Of a stretch of DNA of 64,000 nucleotides, positions 12,698 to 25,882 are shown in pieces. The DNA is from Eledone cirrhosa (Eukaryota), in contig OZ024742.1 in the NCBI GenBank assembly GCA_964016885.1, positions 369,210,001 through 369,274,000 of the forward strand, read 5' to 3'. The position numbers were made by a program, and so were the translations under genes. The notes under the pieces were generated by a model. It was not told where the DNA came from. It worked only from the letters and a program-made list of their open reading frames with translations, and did not search any database. Within the stretch, counting starts at the first letter, position 1; each line of letters opens with the position of its first letter.

Positions 12698-15070
12698 AGT
12701 GTGAGCGAGAGTATGTGAGAGAGTGTGTGAGAGTGTATGAGTATGTGAGTGTATGAGTATGTGAGAGAGTGTGTGAGAGTGTATGAGTATGTGAGAGAGT
12801 GTATGAGTATGTGAGAGAGTGTGTGAGAGTGTATGAGTATGTGAGAGAGTGTGTGAGTGTATGAGTGTGTGAGAGAGTGTGAGAGAGTGTATGAGTATGT
12901 GAGAGAGTGTGTGAGAGTGTGAGTATGTGAGAGAGTGTGCGAGTATGTGAGAGAGTGTGTGAGAGTGTATGAGTATGTGAGAGAGTGTGTGAGTATGTGA
13001 GAGAGTGTGTGAGTATGTGAGAGAGTGTATGAGAGTGTATGAGTATGTGAGAGAGTGTGTGAGAGTGTATGAGAGAGAGTGTGTGAGAGTGTGAGTATGT
13101 GAGAGTGTGTGTGAGTATGTGAGAGTGTGTGTGAGTATGTGAGAGAGTGTGTGAGAGTGTATGAGTATGTGAGAGAGTGTGTGAGAGTGTGAGTATGTGA
13201 GAGAGTGTGCGAGTATGTGAGAGAGTGTGTGAGAGTGTATGAGTATGTGAGAGAGTGTGTGAGTATGTGAGAGAGTGTGTGAGTATGTGAGAGAGTGTGT
13301 GAGTATGTGAGAGAGTGTATGAGAGTGTATGAGTATGTGAGAGAGTGTGTGAGAGTGTATGAGTATGTGAGAGAGTGTGTGAGAGTGTGAGTATGTGAGA
13401 GTGTGTGTGAGTATGTGAGAGAGTGTGTGAGAGTATGAGTGTGTGAGAGTGTATGAGTATGTGAGAGTGTATGAGTATGTGAGAGAGTGTGTGAGTATGT
13501 GAGAGAGTGTGTGAGTATGTGAGAGAGTGTGTGAGAGTGTATGAGTGTGTGAGAGTGTATGAGTATGTGAGAGAGTGTGTGAGAGTGTATGAGTATGTGA
13601 GAGAGTGTGTGAGTATGTGAGAGAGTGTGTGAGTGTATGAGTATGTGAGAGAGTGTGTGAGAGTGTATGAGTATGTGAGAGAGTGTGTGAGAGTGTATGA
13701 GTATGTGAGAGAGTGTGTGAGAGTGTATGAGTATGTGAGAGAGTGTGTGAGTATGTGAGAGAGTGTGTGAGTGTATGAGTATGTGAGAGAGTGTGTGAGA
13801 GTGTATGAGTATGTGAGAGAGTGTGTGAGAGTGTATGAGTATGTGAGAGAGTATGTGAGAGAGTGTGTGAGAGTGTATGAGTATGTGAGAGAGTGTGTGA
13901 GTATGTGAGAGAGTGTGTGAGAGTGTATGAGTATGTGAGAGAGTGTGTGAGAGTGTATGAGTATGTGAGAGAGTGTGTGAGAGTGTATGAGTATGTGAGA
14001 GAGTGTGTGAGAGTGTATGAGTATGTGAGAGTGTGTGAGAGTGTATGAGTATGTGAGTGAGTATGTGAGAGAGTGTGTGAGAGTGTATGAGTATGTGAGA
14101 GAGTGTGTGAGTATGTGAGAGAGTGTGTGAGAGTGTATGAGTATGTGAAAGAGTGTGTGAGAGTGTATGAGTATGTGAGAGAGTGTGTGAGAGTGTATGA
14201 GTATGTGAGAGAGTGTGTGAGAGTATGAGTATGTGAGAGAGTGTGTGAGAGTGTATGAGTATGTGAGTGAGTATGTGAGAGAGTGTGTGAGAGTGTATGA
14301 GTATGTGAGAGAGTGTGTGAGAGTGTATGAGTATGTGAGAGAGTGTGTGAGAGTGTATGAGTATGTGAGAGAGTGTGTGAGAGTGTATGAGTATGTGAGA
14401 GAGTGTGTGAGAGTGTATGAGTATGTGAGAGTGTGTGAGAGTGTATGAGTATGTGAGTGAGTATGTGAGAGAGTGTGTGAGAGTGTATGAGTATGTGAGA
14501 GAGTGTGTGAGAGTGTATGAGTATGTGAGAGTGTGTGAGAGTGTATGAGTATGTGAGTGAGTATGTGAGAGAGTGTGTGAGAGTGTATGAGTATGTGAGA
14601 GAGTGTGTGAGAGTGTATGAGTATGTGAGAGTGTGTGAGAGTGTATGAGTATGTGAGTGAGTATGTGAGAGAGTGTGTGAGAGTGTATGAGTATGTGAGA
14701 GAGTGTGTGAGTATGTGAGAGAGTGTGTGAGAGTGTATGAGTATGTGAAAGAGTGTGTGAGAGTGTATGAGTATGTGAGAGAGTGTGTGAGAGTGTATGA
14801 GTATGTGAGAGAGTGTGTGAGAGTGTATGAGTATGTGAGAGAGTGTGTGAGAGTGTATGAGTATGTGAGTGAGTATGTGAGAGAGTGTGTGAGAGTGTAT
14901 GAGTATGTGAGAGAGTGTGTGAGTATGTGAGAGAGTGTGTGAGAGTGTATGAGTATGTGAGAGAGTGTGTGAGAGAGTGTGTGAGAGTGTATGAGTATGT
15001 GAGAGAGTGTGTGAGAGTGTATGAGTATGTGAGAGAGTGTGTGAGTGTAAGTGAGTGTGTGAGTGTATGA
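12698..15070. repeat. Compound GA/GT microsatellite-derived array, about 30-bp unit GTGAGAGAGTGTGTGAGAGTGTATGAGTAT
   Basis: Near-complete absence of C on the + strand and a recurring 30-bp unit. This explains the spurious 883-aa His/Thr/Leu/Ser ORF. Confidence 0.95.
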
Positions 15071-15129
15071 GTGGTGTTGACTGCAAGGTAATCGTTGGAG
15101 CAGTACTATACAGGATAGCTAGGTCACTA

Positions 15130-15332
15130 ACACACACACTGATACATACACACACATACTGATACACACACTGATACATACACACACACACTGATACATA
15201 CACACATACTGATACACACACTGATACATACACACATACTGATACACACACTGATACATACACACACACTGATACATACACACACACTGATACATACACA
15301 CACAGATACAGACACACAGACAGACATACACA
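15130..15332. repeat. CA-rich repeat (CTGATACATACACACACA-like units)
   Basis: Repeated CTGATACA(TA/CA) units are visible. Confidence 0.85.
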
Positions 15333-15396
15333 GGCTCACATTGACTGACTGATCTTCACATTAAAAGGATTAATATCACACACGTACACACACAAT

Positions 15397-15945
15397 TGTG
15401 TGTGTACCTCTTACTACCACTGAGTGTGTGTACCTCTTACTACCACTGAGTGTGTGTACCTCTTACTACCACTGAGTGTGTGTACCTCTTACTACCACTG
15501 AGTGTGTGTACCTCTTACTACCACTGAGTGTGTGTACCTCTTACTACCACTGAGTGTGTGTGTACCTCTTACTACCACTGAGTGTGTGTGTACCTCTTAC
15601 TACCACTGAGTGTGTGTACCTCTTACTACCACTGAGTGTGTGTACCTCTTACTACCACTGAGTGTGTGTACCTCTTACTACCACTGAGTGTGTGTACCTC
15701 TTACTACCACTGAGTGTGTGTACCTCTTACTACCACTGAGTGTGTGTACCTCTTACTACCACTGTGTGTGTGTACCTCTTACTACCACTGAGTGTGTGTA
15801 CCTCTTACTACCACTGTGTGTGTGTACCTCTTACTACCACTGTGTGTGTACCTCTTACTACCACTGAGTGTGTGTACCTCTTACTACCACTGTGTGTGTG
15901 TACCTCTTACTACCACTGAGTGTGTGTACCTCTTACTACCACTGT
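15397..15945. repeat. 26-bp minisatellite TGAGTGTGTGTACCTCTTACTACCAC, about 21 copies
   Basis: Direct tandem repeats with variable TG number. Confidence 0.95.
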
Positions 15946-16076
15946 GTCCATGTGTGTGTGTGTGTGTTTATATTTATTTATGTTCCATAACTTAGCAGTA
16001 CGACAAACAAGAGACCAATAAAATAAGTAGCAGACTTGAAAAGATAAGTACTGTAGTCGATATGATTGACTAAACA

Positions 16077-16911
16077 TAGTGCTCCAGCATGGCCCCAGTG
16101 TGACAGTGAAATAATGTAGTGCTCCAGCATGGCCCCAGTGTGACAGTGAAATAATGTAGTGCCCCAGCATGGCCACAGTGTGACAGTGAAATAATGTAGT
16201 GCTCCAGCATGGCCCCAGTGTGACAGTGAAATAATGTAGTGCCCCAGCATGGCCCCAGTGTGACAGTGAAATAATGTACAGCTCCAGCATGGCCCCAGTG
16301 TGACAGTGAAATAATGTAGTGCTCCAGCATGGCCACAGTGTGAGTGAAATAATGTAGTGCCCCAGCATGGCCACAGTGTGACAGTGAAATAATGTAGTGC
16401 TCCAGCATGGCCACAGTGTGACAGTGAAATAATGTACAGCTCCAGCATGGCCCCAGTGTGACAGTGAAATAATGTAGTGCTCCAGCATGGCCACAGTGTG
16501 ACAGTGAAATAATGTAGTGCTCCAGCATGGCCACAGTGTGACAGTGAAATAATGTAGTGCTCCAGCATGGCCACAGTGTGACAGTGAAATAATGTAGTGC
16601 TCCAGCATGGCCACAGTGTGACAGTGAAATAATGTAGTGCTCCAGCATGGCCACAGTGTGACAGTGAAATAATGTAGTGCTCCAGCATGGCCACAGTGTG
16701 ACAGTGAAATAATGTAGTGCTCCAGCATGGCCACAGTGTGACAGTGAAATAATGTAGTGCTCCAGCATGGCCCCAGTGTGACAGTGAAATAATGTAGTGC
16801 TCCAGCATGGCCCCAGTGTGACAGTGAAATAATGTAGTGCTCCAGCATGGCCACAGTGTGACAGTGAAATAATGTAGTGCTCCAGCATGGCCCCAGTGTG
16901 ACAGTGAAATA
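16077..16911. repeat. 40-bp minisatellite TAGTGCTCCAGCATGGCC[A/C]CAGTGTGACAGTGAAATAATG, about 21 copies
   Basis: 40-bp period (16081, 16121, 16161…), no spacers. It is open in all three minus frames, which explains the overlapping ORFs. Confidence 0.97.
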
Positions 16912-16976
16912 AAAGGAATTTACCTGACAATTCCCATTCATCAGGTGGTTACTATGGTGATTACTAATTGACATAT

Positions 16977-19390
16977 AGCTGTACTGGTGTTACTGGTGTA
17001 GTACAGTATAGGTAGTAGTTTCAGTGGTAGGTGTACTGGTGTTACTGGTATAGTACAGTATAGGTAGTAGTTTCAGTGGTAGCTGTACTGGTGTTACTGG
17101 TGTAGTACAGTATAGGTAGTAGTTTCAGTGGTAGGTGTACTGGTGTTACTGGTGTAGTACAGTATAGGTAGTAGTTTCAGTGGTAGGTGTACTGGTGTTA
17201 CTGGTGTAGTACAGTATAGGTAGTAGTTTCAGTGGTAGGTGTACTGGTGTAGTACAGTATAGGTAGTAGTTTCAGTGGTAGCTGTACTGGTGTTACTGGT
17301 GTAGTACAGTATAGGTAGTTATTTCAGTGGTAGCTGCACTGGTGTTACTGTTGTAGTACAGTATAGGTAGTAGTTTCAGTGGTAGCTGTACTGGTGTTAC
17401 TGTTGTAGTACAGTATAGGTAGTAGTTTCAATGGTAGCTGTACTGGTGTTACTGTTGTAGTACAGTATCGGTAGTAGTTTCAGTGGTAGCTGTACTGGTG
17501 TTACTATTGTAGTACAGTATAGGTAGTAGTTTCAGTGGTATCTGTACTGGTGTTACTGTTGTAGTACAGTATAGGTAGTAGTTTCAGTGGTAGCTGTACT
17601 GGTGTTACTGTTGTAGTACAGTATAGTTAGTAGTTTCAATGGTAGCTGTACTGGTGTTACTGTTGTAGTACAGTATAGGTAGTAGTTTCAGTGGTAGCTG
17701 TACTGGTGTTTCTGGTGTAGCACAGTATAGGTAGTTGTTTCAGTGGTAGCTGTACTGGTGTTACTGCTGTAGTACAGTATAGGTAGTAGTTTCAGTGGTA
17801 GCTGTACTGGTGTTACTGTTGTAGTACAGTATAGGTAGTAGTTTCAGTGGTAGCTGTACTGGTGTTACTGTTGTAGCACAGTATAGGTAGTAGTTTCAGT
17901 GGTAGCTGTACTGGTGTTACTGTTGTAGCACAGTATAGGTAGTAGTTTCAGTGGTAGCTGTACTGGTGTTACTGTTGTAGTACAGTATAGGTAGTAGTTT
18001 CAGTGATATCTGTACTGGTGTTACTGTTGTAGTACAGTATAGGTACTAGTTTCAGTGGTATCTGTACTGGTGTTACTGTTGTAGTACAGTATAGGTAGTT
18101 GTTTCAGTGGTAGCTGTACTGGTGTTACTGTTGTAGTACAGTATAGGTAGTAGTTTCAGTGGTAGCTGTACTGGTGTTACTGTTGTAGTACAGTATAGGT
18201 AGTAGTTTCAGTGGTAGCTGTACTGGTGTTACTGTTGTAGTACAGTATAGATAGTAATTTCAGTGGTAGATGTACTGGTGTTACTGGTGTAGTACAGTAT
18301 AGGTAGTAGTTTCAGTGGTAGATGTACTGGTGTTACTATTGTAGTACAGTATAGGTAGTAGTTTCAGTGGTAGATGTACTGGTGTTACTGTTGTAGTACA
18401 GTATAGGTAGTAGTGTCAGTGATATCTGTACTGGTGTTACTGGTGTAGTACAGTATATGTAGTTGTTTCAGTGGTAGCTGTACTGGTGTTACTGTTGTAG
18501 TACAGTATAGGTAGTAGTTTCAGTGGTAGCTGTACTGGTGTTACTGTTGTAGTACAGTATAGGTAGTAGTTTCAGTGGTAGATGTACTGGTGTTACTGTT
18601 GTAGTACAGTATAGGTAGTAGTGTCAGTGATATCTGTACTGGTGTTACTGGTGTAGTACAGTATATGTAGTTGTTTCAGTGGTAGCTGTACTGGTGTTAC
18701 TGTTGTAGTACAGTATAGGTAGTAGTTTCAGTGGTAGCTGTACTGGTGTTACTGTTGTAGTACAGTATAGGTAGTAGTTTCAGTGGTAGATGTACTGGTG
18801 TTACTGTTGTAGTACAGTATAGGTAGTAGTTTCAGTGGTAGCTGTACTGGTGTTACTGTTGTAGTACAGTATAGGTAGTAGTTTCAGTGGTAGCTGTACT
18901 GGTGTTACTGTTGTAGTACAGTATAGGTAGTAGTTTCAGTGGTAGATATACTGGTGTTACTGTTGTAGTACAGTATAGGTAGTAGTTTCAGTGGTAGCTG
19001 TACTGGTGTTACTGTTGTAGTACAGTATAGGTAGTAGTTTCAGTGGTAGCTGTACTGGTGTTACTGTTGTAGTACAGTATAGGTAGTAGTTTCAGTGGTA
19101 GCTGTACTGGTGTTACTGTTGTAGTACAGTATAGGTAGTAGTTTCAGTGGTAGCTGTACTGGTGTTACTGTTGTAGTACAGTATAGGTAGTAGTTTCAGT
19201 GATATCTGTACTGGTGTTACTGTTGTAGTACAGTATAGGTAGTAGTTTCAGTGGTAGATATACTGGTGTTACTGTTGTAGTACAGTATAGGTAGTAGTTT
19301 CAGTGGTAGATGTACTGGTGTTACTGTTGTAGTACAGGTACTGGTGTTAGTGAGTGGTATACAGTTTAGGTAGTAGTTTCAGTGGTATAT
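16977..19390. repeat. 52-bp minisatellite GTACTGGTGTTACTG[G/T]TGTAGTACAGTATAGGTAGTAGTTTCAGTGGTAGCT, about 46 copies
   Basis: Period 52 (16981 to 17033…). Confidence 0.96.
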
Positions 19391-19414
19391 ACTGATGTAG
19401 TCGTATTAAACTAC

Positions 19415-20073
19415 AATAGTAGTGGTTGATGTGGTAGTTGGTCACCACCCCTCCACACAATGGTAGTGGTTGATGTGGTAGTTGGTCACCACCTCTCCAC
19501 ACAATGGTAGTTGGTCACCACCCCTCCACACAATGGTAGTTGGTCACCACCCCTCCACACAATGGTAGTTGGTCACCACCCCTCCACACAATGGTAGTTG
19601 GTCACCACCCCTCCACACAATGGTAGTTGGTCACCACCCCTCCACACAATGGTAGTTGGTCACCACCCCTCCACACAATGGTAGTTGGTCACCACCCCTC
19701 CACACAATGGTAGTGGTTGATGTGGTAGTTGATCCCCACCCCTCCACACAATGGTAGTGGTTGATGTGGTAGTTGATCCCCACCCCTCCACACAATAGTA
19801 GTGGTTGATGTGGTAGTTGGTCACCACCTCTCCACACAATAGTAGTGGTTGATGTGGTAGTTGATCCCCACCCCTCCACACAATGGTAGTGGTTGATGTG
19901 GTAGTTGATCCCCACCCCTCCACACAATGGTAGTGGTTGATGTGGTAGTTGATCCCCACCCCTCCACACAATAGTAGTGGTTGATGTGGTAGTTGGTCAC
20001 CACCTCTCCACACAATAGTAGTGGTTGATGTGGTAGTTGATCCCCACCCCTCCACACAATGGTAGTGGTTGAT
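19415..20073. repeat. Minisatellite with 44-bp and 29-bp unit variants (TCCACACAATGGTAG[TGGTTGATGTGGTAG]TTGGTCACCACCCC)
   Basis: Two unit lengths that differ by a 15-bp internal module. Confidence 0.93.
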
Positions 20074-20374
20074 GGTAAAAAAATAGTTGACAGTTGATAT
20101 CTGTTTCATCATCAAGTACAGAAAACAATTGTGACACGTTTCAGCCTTATTTCGGTTTCCTCAGTGAAACTACTGTAACATGTTAGTGAACAAATGATTA
20201 CATAGAAATGTATATTTGTTGGCATATATAGTTAGATATTAGTTGGTTGACACCTTGTATACAGGGAAGAAGTAGCAGGCATTTTTGCCAGGAATGCAGC
20301 ATATTAATCCAAAGACCTCATCTTCAGTGATACATCGTTACCAATGGTCATACAAGAGAAAAATAACTAAATTG

Positions 20375-20626
20375 TTGACTCTTGATAGCACCCCACCTAA
20401 ATCAGGGCCTGGCTTTATGATACAATACTCCCTGTATGACTATACTTCTATAAAATCCTTACATCAGAATTTTATTTACAAAATATTTTGTTAAATATTT
20501 TGTTATGTTCCAAACACCAGATTAATAAAGAAAAAGTTATCTTATTAAATTCCTCTAAATTTTCAAAATTAAATTAAAACAGATAAGCAGTGTATTTCAC
20601 TAGAAATACGGTAGTGTGAGGGTTAA
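20375..20626 (+). mobile_element. Degenerate TTAA-type (piggyBac-like) MITE, same family as 22664-22886
   Basis: Ends in GGG-TTAA (20620-20626). Internal similarity to 22664-22886 (CTGGCTTTATGATACAA vs CTGGTTCTATGAAACAA). The left terminus is eroded. Confidence 0.6.
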
Positions 20627-20769
20627 TGTCAGATGCAAGTGGTCAGAGTGGTGCCTGTAGCATATACTACATTTTGTTCCAATGTAACAAAAGCAGAACA
20701 ATACGATAGTATAAAACACTTAGAGTGAGGTCTGTAGCAAATACTACATTTACTACTAGGTTAATATAA

Positions 20770-22960
20770 CAATTGATTTGACACTGTCATTTGAGCACTG
20801 GATAATTCTGGGTCTCTACATTCTGATTTCAAACCCTGTCGTGGTCCACTTTGCCTGTCAACCTTTTGAGGACAAAAAAGAAAGTACCAGTCAAGTTCTA
20901 GTGCAGTCATCTTTTTCCTTCCAGCTGTCACAACCTGGATGTCCTGCAGAATCAAGAGAGGGCCTTTCAAGACAGTGTGCTAGAGCTAAACGTAATTGGG
21001 AGTGTATCTGAATAGTGGAAGACTTGCCACGTCTGATACAGAGAAGAAAAAGGCATGGAAAGTCAACTATGAGAGAAAGCTGAATAAGGGGATTAAATAA
21101 GACAGTGAGGGTTTACTCCATGTAGCCCTAACTGAAGAGCAAGCCATGAAAGTTGACAACAGGGTGATAGACAAAGCAATTAAAGATATAAAGCTAGGGT
21201 AGATAGCTGAACCATCTGGTGTAGATAGTTGCCATGGTGCAAAAAACACCTGGCAAGGTAGGTTATGAGTTAGATACATAATTAATCAAGTAGTACAAGA
21301 TGATGTCATAGCCACAGGAGCAGCAATATCATTGTGAACTGTTACAAGGGAGGAGACGAGAGAGAGGTACCTACTGAGACATTGATGGACCAGGTCATGA
21401 AAGTGGCTGAAAAAGTTACAGCACTACTAATTAGGAACATATTCAAGTTAGATGAGATGCAGTTTGGCTTTATGCCAGGTAGGGGTACCAGTGATGCTCT
21501 CTTTCTGGTAAAATAACTATGAGAAGTAGTTGGCTAAGAATAAGCCACTATACTTGGCATTTGTAGATCTGGAGAAGGCCTTTGACAGAGTCCCCACTCT
21601 GTAATCTGATAGGCACTTAGGAAGTTAGAGGTACAAGAGTGCCTGATGAGCGCAATTTATAGAGGTGTAATCAGAAGGTAAGAGTTGTTAGTGAGTACAG
21701 TAATGAATTTGAAGTGCAGGGGTAGTGATCCACCAGGGTTTCCTAAGCCCACTTCTGTCTACATTGTCCTTCAAGCCATTTAGGAGAAGTTTAAAATAGG
21801 CATGCCATGGGAACTCCTGTAAGTTGAGGATCTAGTTATTATAGTTGAATCCATGCAAGAGTTAGAGGTGAAATTCCAGGCATGGAAGGAAAACAGAATC
21901 AATAGGCCTAAAAGTAAACTTAGAAAAGACAAAAGTCTTAAGTTGGAAGGAGGACAAGAAGTTGATACCATCAGGGAAGTAGCCTTGCACATTATCTCAA
22001 ATAGGGGTGGACAGAAACTCCATAAGGTGCACACACTGTAACCTATGAATGCACAAGAGATGCAGTGAGATTGCAGAAAGGTTAACAGAGAAGATAAACT
22101 TTATATGTGGTAGATGCCGAAATAAGGACTATGAAAACACGTGAAATAGATTACTTCAGCTGTCAGGTAGGCTCCTTAGATGTTGTTGACACCATTATCT
22201 AGGTGACCTAATCAGCAGTAGTGGAAGATGCTGTGAAAGTGTGATAGCCAAGGTAAGAACAAAATGAAAAAGGTTTGGGGAGAAGGTTTCTCTGCTGACA
22301 ACAAATGGCTTCTCCGTCAGCATGGAGGATAGACTGTATAATGCCTGTGTGCGAACTGCAACGTTACATGGCAGTGAGACATGGACCTTAACTGCAGAAG
22401 TCCTTTGAAGGGTAGAAAAAAATGAAGCAAGTATGCTCTGATGGTTGTGTAGTAATAGTGTACATAAATGATGTAACATAAGTGAGCCGAGGAAAAAACT
22501 GAGCATAAGAAGAGTTGGCTGTAGTAAGAGAGAAGACTGTATTGGTATGGACTTGTATATGGAAGATGACAGCTGTATAAAGAAGTACAGAGAAATTTCA
22601 GTGGAACTTGTGGAAGAGGCAAACCTAGGAAGGCATAAGGTAATGTAGTGAAGCTGACCTTAACCCTTTAGTTACCAACCTGGCCCAAACCAGATCTGGT
22701 TCTATGAAACAAAATCATTCATTTTAAAGCTTTCCAATTTAAATTTAAATCTTCCATGATTTTATATAAGAACCTTACATTAATTTACAATCTAAGTAAT
22801 GAAATAATTTTAGTAAATCCCACAAAATTCTTCATTAATTAATTGAAATAACAGTGTTTTTCTTTAGAAATGTGTGGATGAAAGGGTTAAGATGAACCTC
22901 ACAACAGAGACCACACGGGACTGAAGACCCAGCATACTAGACTAAAACTTGACCTCACCT
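20770..22960 (+). mobile_element. Old, degenerate RTE-clade LINE (endonuclease end, RT, PHD-like finger, C-terminus)
   Basis: Broken frames give NCYKGG, MDQVMKVAEKV, LDEMQFGFMPGRGTSDALFLV, LAFVDLEKAFDRVP, MPWELL, HKRCS…ICGRC, LHGSETW and GRGKPRK. These are collinear with the ORF at 31066-33420, with many stops and frameshifts. C-rich sequence to about 23350 may be its 3' UTR. Confidence 0.9.
22664..22886. mobile_element. Non-autonomous piggyBac-like MITE inserted into the old RTE
   Basis: TTAA|CCCTTT…AAAGGG|TTAA with TTAA at 22660-22663 and 22887-22890. RTE-like sequence resumes after it (GCTGACC-TTAA-GATGAACCTCAC). Confidence 0.85.
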
Positions 22961-23407
22961 GACCCACATAGCACCCTTTAACTATCCCCAATATCACTGC
23001 ACCCCCACCACTTCATGCTTCCATACGACCCCACCCCGCTCCTACAGTAGCTATTATCAACATCATTTTACACCCCCACTATATAGGATCACCTCTAGTC
23101 CTCTTAAATCCTCACACCCATACACTCTCCAGGGTCACCAGCCATCCTACCACTCTACTCCAAATCACCAGTCCTAAACTCTGATACACCAATCATAGCC
23201 CCCACCCCCCCAGGATCTTCAACACTCCCAACCAGCTCCTCTCCCATCCATCACCTCTCATTGTGTCAAAGCCCTCCATATTTGGCACCAGCCCATGACA
23301 TACTCACATTCTCTGCTCCTTATAGTAGAGAGAGCTCTTCAGTTGATTCAATGAAAAACACTTTCAGTCATTGTAGAACCATGTCAAAAGGTTCAGAAAG
23401 ACTCATT

Positions 23408-25742
23408 AGCTGTGGTAGGGACAGGACAACCCCTTTAGTTGTGATAGGGACAGGACAACCCTTCAGTTGTGATAGGGACAGGACAACCCCTTTAGTTGTG
23501 ATAGGGACAGGACAACCCTTCAGTTGTGATATGGACAGGACAACCCCTTTAGTTGTGGTAGGGACAAGACAACCCCTTTAGTTGTGGTAGGGACAAGACA
23601 ACCCTTCAGTTGTGGTAGGGACAGGACAACCCCTTTAGTTGTGGTAGGGACAGGCCAACCCCTTTAGTTGTGGTAGGGACAGGCCAACCCCTTTAGTTGT
23701 GGTAGGGACAGGCCAACCCCTTTAGTTGTGGTAGGGACAGGCCAACCCCTTTAGTTGTGGTAGGGACAGGCCAACCCCTTTAGTTGTGGTAGGGACAGGC
23801 CAACCCCTTTAGTTGTGGTAGGGACAGGCCAACCCCTTTAGTTGTGGTAGGGACAGGCCAACCCCTTTAGTTGTGGTAGGGACAGGCCAACCCCTTTAGT
23901 TGTGATAGGGACAGGCCAACCCCTTTAGTTGTGGTAGGGACAGGCCAACCCCTTTAGTTGTGGTAGGGACAGGCCAACCCCTTTAGTTGTGGTAGGGACA
24001 GGCCAACCCCTTTAGTTGTGGTAGGGACAGGCCAACCCCTTTAGTTGTGGTAGGGACAGGCCAACCCCTTTAGTTGTGGTAGGGACAGGCCAACCCCTTT
24101 AGTTGTGGTAGGGACAGGCCAACCCCTTTAGTTGTGGTAGGGACAGGCCAACCCCTTTAGTTGTGGTAGGGACAGGCCAACCCCTTTAGTTGTGGTAGGG
24201 ACAGGACAACCCCTTTAGTTGTGGTAGGGACAGGACAACCCATCAGTTGTGGTAGGGACAGGACAACCCTTCAGTTGTGGTAGGGACAGGACAACCCTTC
24301 AGTTGTGGTAGGGACAGGACCCCTTTAGTTGTGGTAGGGACAGGACAACCCCTTTAGTTGTGGTAGGGACAGGACAACCCTTCAGTTGTGATATGGACAG
24401 GACAACCCCTTTAGTTGTGGTAGGGACAGGACAACCCCTTAAGTTGTGGTAGGGACAGGACAACCCCTTTAGTTGTGGTAGGGACAGGACAACCCCTTTA
24501 GTTGTGGTAGGGACAGGACAACCCCTTCAGTTGTGGTAGGGACAGGCCAACCCTTCAGTTGTGGTAGGGACAGGCCAACCCTTCAGTTGTGATATGGACA
24601 GGACAACCCTTCAGTTGTGGTAGGGACAGGACCCCTTTAGTTGTGGTAGGGACAGGACAACCCCTTTAGTTGTGGTAGGGACAGGACAACCCTTCAGTTG
24701 TGATATGGACAGGACAACCCCTTTAGTTGTGGTAGGGACAGGACAACCCTTTAGTTGTGATAAGGACAGGACAACCCTTCAGTTGTGGTAGGGACAGGAC
24801 AACCCCTTTAGTTGTGGTAGGGACAGGACAACCCCTTTAGTTGTGGTAGGGACAGGACAACCCCTTTAGTTGTGGTAGGGACAGGACAACCCTTCAGTTG
24901 TGATATGGACAGGACAACCCTTCAGTTGTGATATGGACAGGACAACCCCTTTAGTTGTGGTAGGGACAGGACAACCCTTCAGTTGTGATATGGACAGGAC
25001 AACCCCTTTAGTTGTGGTAGGGACAGGACAACCCCTTTAGTTGTGGTAGGGACAGGACAACCCTTCAGTTGTGGTAGGGACAGGACAACCCCTTTAGTTG
25101 TGGTAGGGACAGGACAACCCTTCAGTTGTGATAGGGACAGGACAACCCCTTCAGTCGTGATAGGGACAGGACAACCCCTTTAGTTGTGGTAGGGACAGGA
25201 CAACCCCTTCAGTTGTGGTAGGGACAGGACAACCCCTTTAGTTGTGGTAGGGACAGGACAACCCTTCAGTTGTGATAGGGACAGGACAACCCCTTCAGTC
25301 GTGATAGGGACAGGACAACCCCTTTAGTTGTGGTAGGGACAGGACAACCCCTTCAGTTGTGGTAGGGACAGGACAACCCTTCAGTTGTGGTAGAGACAGG
25401 ACAACCCCTTTAGTTGTGGTAGGGACAGGACAACCCTTCAGTTGTGATAGGGACAGGACAACCCCTTCAGTCGTGATAGGGACAGGACAACCCATTTAGT
25501 TGTGGTAGGGACAGGACAACCCCTTCAGTTGTGGTAGGGACAGGACAACCCCTTTAGTTGTGGTAGGGACAGGACAACCCCTTTAGTTGTGGTAGGGACA
25601 GGACAACCCCTTTAGTTGTGGTAGGGACAGGACAACCCTTCAGTTGTGATAGGGACAGGACAACCCTTCAGTTGTGATAGGGACAGGACAACCCTTCAGT
25701 TGTGGTAGGGACAGGACAACCCCTTCAGTTGTGGTAGGGACA
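23408..25742. repeat. 28/29-bp minisatellite GTGGTAGGGACAGG[A/C]CAACCCCTTTAGTT, about 80 copies
   Basis: Period 29 (23641 to 23670). A homogeneous GGCCAAC sub-block lies at about 23640-24190. Confidence 0.97.
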
Positions 25743-25882
25743 GAACCTCTTTACTGTTGGTGTGGCCCCTACTCCTACACCTTTTTATTATTTAACTCTC
25801 CACCCTCATCTTAACTCCTTTTTCTTCTTTATTATTTTAATCCTATGATTTTTTTAAACACTTTCATCATTGAATACAATAT

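Noticed and set aside
12666-15317. 883-aa His/Thr/Leu/Ser-rich ORF
   Set aside because: Translation of a CA/CT microsatellite-derived array that lacks stop codons by composition.
15910-16974. Three overlapping 276-354-aa Cys/His-rich ORFs
   Set aside because: A 40-bp stop-free unit cycles through all three frames; there is no domain signature.
16077-25742. CRISPR-like appearance of the 29-52-bp repeats
   Set aside because: Units are directly adjacent with no unique spacers, there are no cas genes, and the context is eukaryotic.
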